From Candidatus Iainarchaeum sp. (GTDB lineage Archaea > Iainarchaeota > Iainarchaeia > Iainarchaeales > VGJJ01), in the NCBI GenBank assembly GCA_030688545.1, contig JAUYHT010000002.1, forward strand, positions 386,566-418,565: DNA of 32,000 nucleotides, in the 5' to 3' direction. Each line of letters opens with the position of its first letter. Within the stretch, counting starts at the first letter, position 1. Under the pieces are notes generated by a model. The model was not told where the DNA came from. It saw only the letters and a list, made by a program, of their open reading frames with translations, and did not search any database. Both the position numbers and the translations under genes were made by a program. This document shows, one piece after another, positions 25,801 to 32,000 of the stretch.

Positions 25801-27084
25801 ATGGAAGACCATTTGTACAAGCGTCCACATAGTTTCGAGCTGCTTCGATCTCGAATTTGGCCAGATGAATTCCCATACAATGGGGCCAGTTACCGAGAAC
25901 GACGTGTATATACTTTGACACCCGCGAATCGGCTACTCCTTCGCCGCTATCTTGTCAATCTGGAAAACCAGAACTATGGACTTAACCGCAAGTACCGTCT
26001 CATCGAGATTATGGCAGTTTTAGGAGAAATGTTTTGTAGAGACTTCGAGTCCGCAACGAAAGATGACATACAAGGCCAAGAAGGGTTAGTGTCCAAGATT
26101 ATGCACAAATGGACCAATGACACTACAAAAGAGATGTATATCCAAGGCCTAAAACAATTTTACAAATGGTTCGGACAAACCACGGAGTACCCTGAAGTAG
26201 TGAAAGGAATTAAATTTCAAAAAAAGAAAGGAAAGAAGTTGCTCGATATTCCAACCGAGGAAAAAATAGCCGAATTAATTCAAGCTGCTGGAAATCCGAT
26301 GCACAAGGCAATGATTTCAACTATCTATAGTTCAGCTGGAAGAATAGGTGAAATCGCACGGCTGCAAGTCAAGGATGTAATATTCCAGGATGATGAAGCA
26401 GTGATCCATATTCTGCATAGTAAAACAGAGGAGCGGCAGGTTCTGCTCGTAGACTCAACCGTTCAACTTCTTCGCGAAGCATTACTCTATCATCCCCATC
26501 GGGACAAAGAAGACTTTCAAGATAGACTACTTTTTGTAAGCGTGGCACCATCTTCATATGGTAAGCCGTTTGGATATGCGGCTATTGTAAAAATACTTAA
26601 GCAATGTGCTGAGAAAGTCCGCATCAAAGGATTGCATCCTCATTTGTTACGCCATGCGAGAGCCACCCATTTAATTCAACGAGGACTAAATGAAATGCAG
26701 CTGAAGGTAGTTCTGGGCCATTCTTATTCCAGTCGCGCAACGGCAGTTTATCTCCACCTTAGTGGAAAAGATACCTATGATGCAATTCGAACAGTAAATG
26801 GAAAAAAGAGAATCACAGAAGAAAAACAAAATCCATTACTTGGAAAAAAATGCGATATCTGTGCAACCAACAATACCTTCGAAGACAAAGTGTGTCGAAA
26901 ATGTCAGCGGCCTCTTGGCGTCCTGGAGAGAATGGAATACAAAGATCAAATGAAAACATTGCAGGAACATATTTTGCAAATGGAGCAGCTAAATAATGAA
27001 AGAATGAGCAAGATGGAGAAAGCATACGATATGTTGCTTCAGGCCATTCTAAAACAAAGGGAGGCAACGATCCATCAGGTGTAA
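25801..27084 (+). CDS. int: Tyrosine recombinase/integrase with C-terminal zinc-ribbon and coiled-coil extension
   Basis: Catalytic residues in order: AGRIGEIARL (Arg I), HPHLLRHARATH (His-x-x-Arg), LGHS (His/Trp position) and AVYLHL (nucleophilic Tyr). C-terminal CDIC-x10-CRKC, then a heptad-like tail. Start trimmed from the TTG at 25774 to the ATG at 25801. Confidence 0.9.
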   Translation: MEDHLYKRPHSFELLRSRIWPDEFPYNGASYRERRVYTLTPANRLLLRRYLVNLENQNYGLNRKYRLIEIMAVLGEMFCRDFESATKDDIQGQEGLVSKIMHKWTNDTTKEMYIQGLKQFYKWFGQTTEYPEVVKGIKFQKKKGKKLLDIPTEEKIAELIQAAGNPMHKAMISTIYSSAGRIGEIARLQVKDVIFQDDEAVIHILHSKTEERQVLLVDSTVQLLREALLYHPHRDKEDFQDRLLFVSVAPSSYGKPFGYAAIVKILKQCAEKVRIKGLHPHLLRHARATHLIQRGLNEMQLKVVLGHSYSSRATAVYLHLSGKDTYDAIRTVNGKKRITEEKQNPLLGKKCDICATNNTFEDKVCRKCQRPLGVLERMEYKDQMKTLQEHILQMEQLNNERMSKMEKAYDMLLQAILKQREATIHQV

Positions 27085-27374
27085 TCGCTATAGCAACGGT
27101 ATGAAGAATTACATCCTTTGAGGATGGTACAACTGTATTCATCCCCATTCTTGCATGCAATATCACAGGCCGGAATTATCTTTCGGTCTTCGCAAAAGAA
27201 AACACATTCATTTACATCGTTTTTTTCCACACAATTATTGTACTTTCTTTCAACATATCCACCGCTCCAGACAGCTAAAATAATGAAAAGTAGAACCACC
27301 CCAATCGCAGCCCACCACATCCATGAAAGCGAGTGGAGTTTCTTTTTCTGCAGGTCTTTTTTATCTTGAGCCAT
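27075..27374 (-). CDS. Small single-pass membrane protein with a Cys-rich ectodomain
   Basis: Basic N-terminus, TM segment WMWWAAIGVVLLFIILAVW, then 8 Cys in about 55 aa (NCVEKNDVNECVFFCEDRKIIPACDIACKNGDEYSCTILKGC...RC). Convergent with the integrase, overlapping its 3' end by 10 nt. Confidence 0.5.
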   Translation of the reverse strand: MAQDKKDLQKKKLHSLSWMWWAAIGVVLLFIILAVWSGGYVERKYNNCVEKNDVNECVFFCEDRKIIPACDIACKNGDEYSCTILKGCNSSYRCYSDYT

Positions 27375-27511
27375 AATCTCAACCTATAGATTGAGAATTA
27401 ACCGTCAATCCGTTAAAACCTTTACGGCGGACTGACCTCCCTCCTCCTAAAGCTTCTTTATTACAAGTAGTATCAGGTATCGCTTTGGTCAGGTTAACCT
27501 CGGGGGTTGGT

Positions 27512-27706
27512 ATGAAGTGCGCACTATCGCCAGCGGTACAGGAGTGGATCAGGACTGCAATAGAAATGGGATGGGCTGATCCACATGACTCAATCAGCGA
27601 TCCATATTCAAATGACTCTATAATTTCACGCCGGGATAAGAATTATCGGGAAGTTTATTCGTTAAGTTTGGTCCGCCAAAAACAACAGATGAAAGAATTT
27701 CATTGA
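27512..27706 (+). CDS. Possible small RHH-like protein
   Basis: ATG at 27512 with GGGGGT upstream and a TATA-like CTTTATTA at 27456-27463. The N-terminus KCALSPAVQEWIRTAIEMGW has a strand-helix pattern. The 3' third overlaps the convergent wHTH gene, so the true extent is doubtful. Confidence 0.3.
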   Translation: MKCALSPAVQEWIRTAIEMGWADPHDSISDPYSNDSIISRRDKNYREVYSLSLVRQKQQMKEFH

Positions 27707-28244
27707 TAGAGGATAAGTTTTGAATTTCCCTTTCGATTTTTTTTACGACATCTTCGAGTTTTGTTTTCCCTTCAGCTGCTTGAACTCGAAATGATTCACG
27801 CAAAGTTTGGCGTGTTTTGTAATTCATTATAAGGTTGGTCGAGAATGACAAAAATGCGCGTTCCAAATTTTCAACTCGAAGTTTTGGTAGTTGTTTTTCA
27901 ATGTACCAATCAAATTCGTTTGTAAAAGATTTGTTGGACAAAAATTGATCCTTATCTTTTTCTTTAAGTGGCCGATTAGCATCAACCCATTTTAAGTAAA
28001 AGCTCAAAATTCCCCTCATATTTGGTGTGTATTTTTTTATTCGTTTATCTTCTTCTCGGGACTCAATGACAATAAGATCTTCGTCTCCGAGTATTTTTAC
28101 ATAGACCCAAACATTTTGTTCTTTTTCTGAAATAGCCTCCGTAATCTGCGCAACGCTGTCTTTTCCTTCGATAATTTTTTGGAGTGTGCGAAAAATAACT
28201 GTCGAAGTTAGTGGATAGTATGTTTGATTGGATTCACTTGGCAT
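27618..28244 (-). CDS. Winged-helix DNA-binding protein, candidate element repressor/regulator
   Basis: The N-terminal VIFRTLQKIIEGKDSVAQITEAISEKEQNVWVYVKILGDEDLIVIESREEDKRIKKYTPN fits an ArsR/TrmB-like wHTH layout. Divergent from the plus-strand small-gene operon. Start trimmed to the ATG at 28244. Confidence 0.55.
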   Translation of the reverse strand: MPSESNQTYYPLTSTVIFRTLQKIIEGKDSVAQITEAISEKEQNVWVYVKILGDEDLIVIESREEDKRIKKYTPNMRGILSFYLKWVDANRPLKEKDKDQFLSNKSFTNEFDWYIEKQLPKLRVENLERAFLSFSTNLIMNYKTRQTLRESFRVQAAEGKTKLEDVVKKIEREIQNLSSINEILSSVVFGGPNLTNKLPDNSYPGVKL

Positions 28245-28454
28245 CGATAGCAATGAATAAGTCAAGGCTTTAAACTACCTATTGTTTTTCCCGCGAAAAA
28301 ATGAATTATGTTCGTTGAAATATCGACGACGGCGGAATGGCCCCCCTCTCTGAACGCCCATTTAAACTCAAATACATTATGCTCTGCATAAGGTGATTTG
28401 TGTGTATACTTACCCAGTGCATACCAAAGCAACAGCAGAGAGGGAGGAAGATCA

Positions 28455-28604
28455 GTGAGTGTTATTCTCTCTCCAGAGGTCGCTGAGAGCCTATTGCTCG
28501 CATACGAAGCGGGCGGGTGGAGACCAAAGACCCCTGAGGAAGAATCGCTTCTTGACCAAGCCAAAAGACAATCGGAGGCAAATCGCGTGCAAATAAAAAT
28601 GTGA
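28455..28604 (+). CDS. Possible small RHH-like protein
   Basis: In-frame GTG at 28455 preceded by GGGAGGAAG. VSVILSPEVAESLLLAYEAGGW has a strand-helix pattern. An 8-bp hairpin (28608-28628) follows the stop. Confidence 0.35.
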   Translation: MSVILSPEVAESLLLAYEAGGWRPKTPEEESLLDQAKRQSEANRVQIKM

Positions 28605-28679
28605 CCAAAGGGGAAAGCCCTTCCCCTTCAGCCGATTTGAGTCGCTCGTTCCAAAACAATACAACCCAAGGTGAAATCG

Positions 28680-28898
28680 ATGAAGGATTCAACCAATAAA
28701 AAACCCATTCACGAGATAACCGTCCTTTCCTGGAAAAACAGACAATCTACAAGATTGCCAATACCAACCCGATTTTTACGAAAAAATTTCCCAGAGCTCG
28801 GGCGCCAATCTCAGAAAGGAATTCTCATTGCTTCTCGAACTTCTGATGGGAAGCCTGAAATTCGTTTTGTTTGCACGGAGGCGACTGTCTGCCAATAG
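28680..28898 (+). CDS. Possible AbrB/SpoVT-like small DNA-binding protein
   Basis: STRLPIPTRFLRKNFPELG...GILIASRTSDGKPEIRFV resembles the swapped-hairpin 'itIPkeir' signature. ATG at 28680. Confidence 0.35.
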   Translation: MKDSTNKKPIHEITVLSWKNRQSTRLPIPTRFLRKNFPELGRQSQKGILIASRTSDGKPEIRFVCTEATVCQ

Positions 28899-28918
28899 CA
28901 GGTCGAAAATGATTCCTC

Positions 28919-29089
28919 ATGCGACGAATATTCCGAAAAAATCCGCTCATGGACTTAATGGCAAAACAAGATCCAGAAGGATTCAGGGAAGCAGTTCAAA
29001 AAGCCGCCGCTGAAGTCGCGAAAGAATTCCAAGAACATAATGCAAAACTGAAAGCAAAAGCCGAAGAACAGCGAGAAGGGGGTGTATGA
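28919..29089 (+). CDS. Unlisted 56-aa helical, charged ORF
   Basis: Below the ORF-track size cutoff. My translation is MRRIFRKNPLMDLMAKQDPEGFREAVQKAAAEVAKEFQEHNAKLKAKAEEQREGGV. It looks more protein-like than the listed overlapping ORF at 28828-29013, and its stop overlaps the next ORF's start region. Confidence 0.35.
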   Translation: MRRIFRKNPLMDLMAKQDPEGFREAVQKAAAEVAKEFQEHNAKLKAKAEEQREGGV

Positions 29090-29444
29090 AGTGACCAACC
29101 CTAAAGATATTCAATACTATTCAGCAATGGAAAAAGAGCTGCGACACTCCCAAGTTGAGAAAGCATACAAACTACTTGAGCATGACTGCATCGAATACGA
29201 TCATGTTCGAAAACGATTCATCTGCAAACCAATTAGGGGATACAATTCCACCACTTACATTTTCGAACGTATTCCAAAAAAGATTCCTATCGGGGAAAGC
29301 TCGATTTCTCACGAGTGTAACTGTCAAGGGTATCAAACCAAAAAACGGAAAGGAGAAACGCCGTTTTGCAGCCATCTCTTAGCGCTTCATTACTGGTTTA
29401 ACCAGCGAAACAAATCGAAAGGCTGGGGGAAGTACCGCCAATGA
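29082..29444 (+). CDS. SWIM-type zinc-finger protein
   Basis: CNCQGYQTKKRKGETPFCSHLLALH matches the CxC-x(n)-CxH SWIM signature. The start is uncertain: GTG at 29082 or ATG at 29127. Confidence 0.6.
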   Translation: MYEVTNPKDIQYYSAMEKELRHSQVEKAYKLLEHDCIEYDHVRKRFICKPIRGYNSTTYIFERIPKKIPIGESSISHECNCQGYQTKKRKGETPFCSHLLALHYWFNQRNKSKGWGKYRQ

Positions 29445-29545
29445 ACCCAGGCATTACATGCTACGATTGCAACGGGACTGGAATGAACCCCTTCTCTACT
29501 CGTCCAGAGAATTGCCCAACGTGCAAGGGAACGGGACTACTATGA
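29441..29545 (+). CDS. Unlisted 34-aa mini-protein with two CxxCxGxG (DnaJ-type zinc-finger) motifs
   Basis: My translation is MNPGITCYDCNGTGMNPFSTRPENCPTCKGTGLL. Its ATG overlaps the upstream TGA (ATGA at 29441-29444) and its TGA overlaps the next ATG (ATGA at 29542-29545). Confidence 0.45.
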   Translation: MNPGITCYDCNGTGMNPFSTRPENCPTCKGTGLL

Positions 29546-30177
29546 ATGACCCCCGCCATTCCGGAAGAAACTTCTTAGATTGTGGAGAAGGAAAAAGAAT
29601 AGAGGACACACTATTCACGAAGCAGAAACTTCTTACATTATCCAATGAAGTGAATAGTGAAGGCGACTCCCACAATGGAAGAAGAAACTTACTGAATTGT
29701 AGCGAAGTAGATATTCAAACATTGGAAAAGCTCTTACAGTATCCCCGAAAAAAAGCTGCACAACTCCGCAAAATCAGGGAGTTATGTCTGGCTAACGAAC
29801 GATTGTTTCTCAACGTACTGCAAAAGGAATTGGATATTCCATCGAAAAATTGGATATGTGGACTCATGCGTGAAGCAGCTCACGTGTTTGGCTTTCACTA
29901 TTATCCAGGAAATAAAAGCTTCCAAACCAACATCATGCGCATCGCGCCCCAAGATAGAGTAGGACATTCGGTCGTAGAAGTCTACGAGTCCTTTTCCTAT
30001 CACGGAGCAGGGGATACGCGCACGCTTCAATCCGTAAAAAATCAATTCCAATTATCGGACGAAGAGTTAGTCTCATTCGTTCAGCGAATCCAAAACGTTT
30101 CAGTTGGAGGATATCATCTTCGTCTGACCGGAAAATTGAACCAAAAATTGACTGAAAGGAGACTCTACAAAGCATGA
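29542..30177 (+). CDS. Hypothetical protein (211 aa)
   Basis: In frame with the track ORF 29458-30177. I prefer the start at the ATGA junction at 29542 (MNDPRHSG). Internal duplicated motif SGRNFLDCGEG / NGRRNLLNCSEV. Confidence 0.55.
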   Translation: MNDPRHSGRNFLDCGEGKRIEDTLFTKQKLLTLSNEVNSEGDSHNGRRNLLNCSEVDIQTLEKLLQYPRKKAAQLRKIRELCLANERLFLNVLQKELDIPSKNWICGLMREAAHVFGFHYYPGNKSFQTNIMRIAPQDRVGHSVVEVYESFSYHGAGDTRTLQSVKNQFQLSDEELVSFVQRIQNVSVGGYHLRLTGKLNQKLTERRLYKA

Positions 30178-30383
30178 TGTACCCATTCCGATGCACCAGC
30201 AAAAGTTGCAATATCATTGTCTTCATATCATCCTTGACCCCGCTCATACCAATGTGCCCATCCTGCCAAATGCACCCCATTGAATCAATATACTTAGTCG
30301 AGTGTGCCAAAACGGAAGAAATGAAAACAGAAATTTCTCCAGACAGATCTGTGACTCAACCAATGGAGGCTATCACTCCATGA
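30174..30383 (+). CDS. Small zinc-ribbon protein
   Basis: CTSKSC ... CPSC cysteine pairs. ATGA overlap with the upstream gene at 30174-30177. Confidence 0.5.
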   Translation: MMYPFRCTSKSCNIIVFISSLTPLIPMCPSCQMHPIESIYLVECAKTEEMKTEISPDRSVTQPMEAITP

Positions 30384-30598
30384 AAACCAAAACACAAATA
30401 ATCACCAAAACAGGAGGGACAATCAATTGGACAAACGAGGAGACATTAGAAATATCCTATGAAAAAGTTGAAACGATTCTCTCAGCGGCGATAAATCACT
30501 CCACTAAAATGGTGGTCATTCCCGCTCCTGGAAAAAAAGTCTGGATCCCCCTCGAACACATTGCCAGCATTTGGGTAGAGGAGACAAACGATGCGTAA
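30380..30598 (+). CDS. Hypothetical small protein (72 aa)
   Basis: ATGA overlap at 30380-30383. Start trimmed from the track ORF 30302-30598. Confidence 0.45.
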   Translation: MKTKTQIITKTGGTINWTNEETLEISYEKVETILSAAINHSTKMVVIPAPGKKVWIPLEHIASIWVEETNDA

Positions 30599-31118
30599 CA
30601 CTCTCAAAGAAATACCCGGCGGAACCATACGGGGCGAAACAAGCATGGCATACGCCGCCTTCCAAAAATACCGCGATATGGAAGAGAGGTCACTCCGCCA
30701 ACTGGCACAAACCCTATCAGAAAAGGAAGGGGGCAATACCGGGGCAAAACAGGGGCAGTTAGAGGTATGGAGCACACGATACAAATGGGTTAAACGCTGC
30801 CAAGAATGGGATGAATACCAAGACGCCATCCTCCGTCAAACCCACCTCAAGGAAATAGCACAGATGTCTAAACGCCAGGCCGAAGCGGCAAAGAGACTCC
30901 AAGAAAAGGGCTTACAAAAGATTGAGAAAACAAAGCCAGCAAAAATGAGCTTCGGAGATGCAACCCGCGCAGTGGTAGAGGGGGCAAAACTGGAACGATT
31001 GGCTCGCGGAGAATCCCAGTCCATTCAAGATAATCGAGTGGAGGTCGTTTTTACTATTGAAGAAGAGGGAGGTAAAACAGATGCTCACGACGACCCGTCC
31101 GAAAAAGATAACGATTAA
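30591..31118 (+). CDS. Putative terminase small subunit (HTH protein immediately upstream of TerL)
   Basis: RSLRQLAQTL...LEVWSTRYKWVKRCQEWD follows the HTH plus W-x-x-R-x-x-x-WD pattern common in small terminases. Coiled-coil middle and acidic tail. Its position immediately 5' of, and overlapping, TerL supports the call. Confidence 0.5.
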   Translation: MRNTLKEIPGGTIRGETSMAYAAFQKYRDMEERSLRQLAQTLSEKEGGNTGAKQGQLEVWSTRYKWVKRCQEWDEYQDAILRQTHLKEIAQMSKRQAEAAKRLQEKGLQKIEKTKPAKMSFGDATRAVVEGAKLERLARGESQSIQDNRVEVVFTIEEEGGKTDAHDDPSEKDND

Positions 31119-32000
31119 CTATCGACCCCTCCCAAAGCAAAAAGCATTTCATCAAGCACAAAACAAATTTACTGGATACATTGGCGGTTTGGGGTCTGGC
31201 AAAACCTATGCGGGAGCCATGAAAGCTATCAGCTTCATGCTGTCTCACCAGGGTTCACAAGGTATGATTGCAGCCCCCAATTATCCTATGCTGCGAAAGT
31301 CGACCATGCCAACCTTTTTCGAAATTCTGCCCCCAGAGCTCATCAAGAACTATCACAAAACATACCATGAATTAGAACTCATCAATGGTGCCAAAACCTT
31401 TTTTGTCTCCACGGAAAAACCTGACCACTTGCGCGGACCAAATCTTTCCTGGTGGTGGTACGACGAAGCATCAAGTGGATCACGAACATCATTCGATGTC
31501 TTAGTCGGCCGACTTCGTGTGGGGAAAGCAAAGGCATGGGTAACGGGGACTCCAAAAGGATTCAACTGGGTCTACGAACGTTTTGCCGATCCAATAAAAA
31601 AACTCCAAGACACTTTTCTTATTGCAAGCTCTTCCAGAGAAAACACCTACTTGCCTTCTGATTACGTTCCAATGTTGGAAAGAACCTACACCGGAGCGTT
31701 TGCAAAACAAGAAATTGAAGGAGAGTTCGTGGGATTTGAAGGATTAGTATATCCCGACTTCTCCTACGAGGCCCATTGCCGCCCGGAATTTCCAATCGAA
31801 AAACGAGGACTGCCCGCCTACGTGGGAGTGGATTTTGGATACACCAATCCCAGCGCCCTAATCCTCGTTACTGTCGACTCGGACGACCGCATATGGATCT
31901 GGGAAGAATTTTATCAATCGGGAGTATTTGTCGAAGAGTTGATTAAGCAGATTAAAACGTGGCAGTCTCAAGGATTCAATATTCATTCATGCTTTTGTGA
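31081..32000 (+). CDS. terL: Terminase large subunit (TerL), N-terminal ~306 aa; open at the window end
   Basis: Absent from the ORF track because there is no stop in the window. My translation is MLTTTRPKKITINYRPLPKQKAFHQAQNKFTGYIGGLGSGKTYAG...LSWWWYDEAS...WVTGTPKG...YVGVDFGYTNPSALILV. This gives Walker A GSGKT, Walker B hhhhDE, coupling motif TGTP, and the start of the RNase H-like nuclease domain (VDFG). Confidence 0.88.
   Translation, partial: MLTTTRPKKITINYRPLPKQKAFHQAQNKFTGYIGGLGSGKTYAGAMKAISFMLSHQGSQGMIAAPNYPMLRKSTMPTFFEILPPELIKNYHKTYHELELINGAKTFFVSTEKPDHLRGPNLSWWWYDEASSGSRTSFDVLVGRLRVGKAKAWVTGTPKGFNWVYERFADPIKKLQDTFLIASSSRENTYLPSDYVPMLERTYTGAFAKQEIEGEFVGFEGLVYPDFSYEAHCRPEFPIEKRGLPAYVGVDFGYTNPSALILVTVDSDDRIWIWEEFYQSGVFVEELIKQIKTWQSQGFNIHSCFC

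Larger units (their letters stand above)
25575..32000 (+). mobile_element. Left portion of an integrated element resembling a tailed virus, at tRNA-Cys; the right end lies beyond the window
   Basis: Integrase lies next to the tRNA 3' end. It is followed by small regulator and zinc-finger ORFs, a TerS-like gene and TerL. Base composition drops relative to the upstream chromosome. Confidence 0.75.

Noticed and set aside
28262-28564. A 100-aa minus-strand ORF upstream of the wHTH gene.
   Set aside because: Its N-terminal half is Ser/Pro-rich low complexity with no internal Met. The opposite strand offers a short ORF with a strong SD-like GGGAGGAAG and a downstream hairpin. The question is unresolved without comparative data, so it is listed here rather than as a feature.
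28828-29013. A 61-aa plus-strand ORF from the track.
   Set aside because: It overlaps the end of the 28680-28898 ORF, and its product is an Arg/Ser/Lys-rich string. The alternative unlisted frame, 28919-29089, gives a more protein-like helical peptide.

Overview
This window is an archaeal chromosomal segment. About 25 kb is densely packed core genome. It is followed by a tRNA-Cys gene and the left part of an integrated, lower-GC element resembling a tailed virus, which runs off the right edge.

Core genes, all called from motifs read directly in the translations:
- Sm-like protein (partial, at the left edge)
- A four-gene minus-strand cluster ending in a MinD-type ATPase
- aIF5A
- A secreted, C-terminally anchored surface protein with a thrice-repeated LS-x-x-TNAH module
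- MetRS and an RHH/UPF0175-like protein
- MCM and a presenilin/SPP-like GxGD protease
- The aIF2beta / DUF424-like / aIF1A / Rio kinase / KH-protein run, then Top6B and Top6A
- ADP-forming acetyl-CoA synthetase alpha-like protein, Mre11-like nuclease, SAM methyltransferase and HAD hydrolase

Most notable observations:
1. Two large LAGLIDADG inteins interrupt P-loop NTPase motifs. One sits inside the Walker A loop of MinD and one directly after the Walker B DEFDKME of MCM. They share conserved blocks with each other but have very different base composition.
2. Three copies of a roughly 78-bp unit lie between the tRNA and a tyrosine integrase. Each copy re-uses the tRNA-Cys 3' end (CGGYYCCCGCTT).
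3. The integrated element has a regulator region resembling a lysogeny switch and a chain of ATGA-overlapping small zinc-finger ORFs, two of them absent from the ORF track. It also has a TerS-like gene and a TerL gene that is open at the window end and likewise absent from the track.

No CRISPR array and no rRNA were seen. Nothing was searched against databases, so all family names are motif-level calls. The host lineage cannot be fixed from this window.
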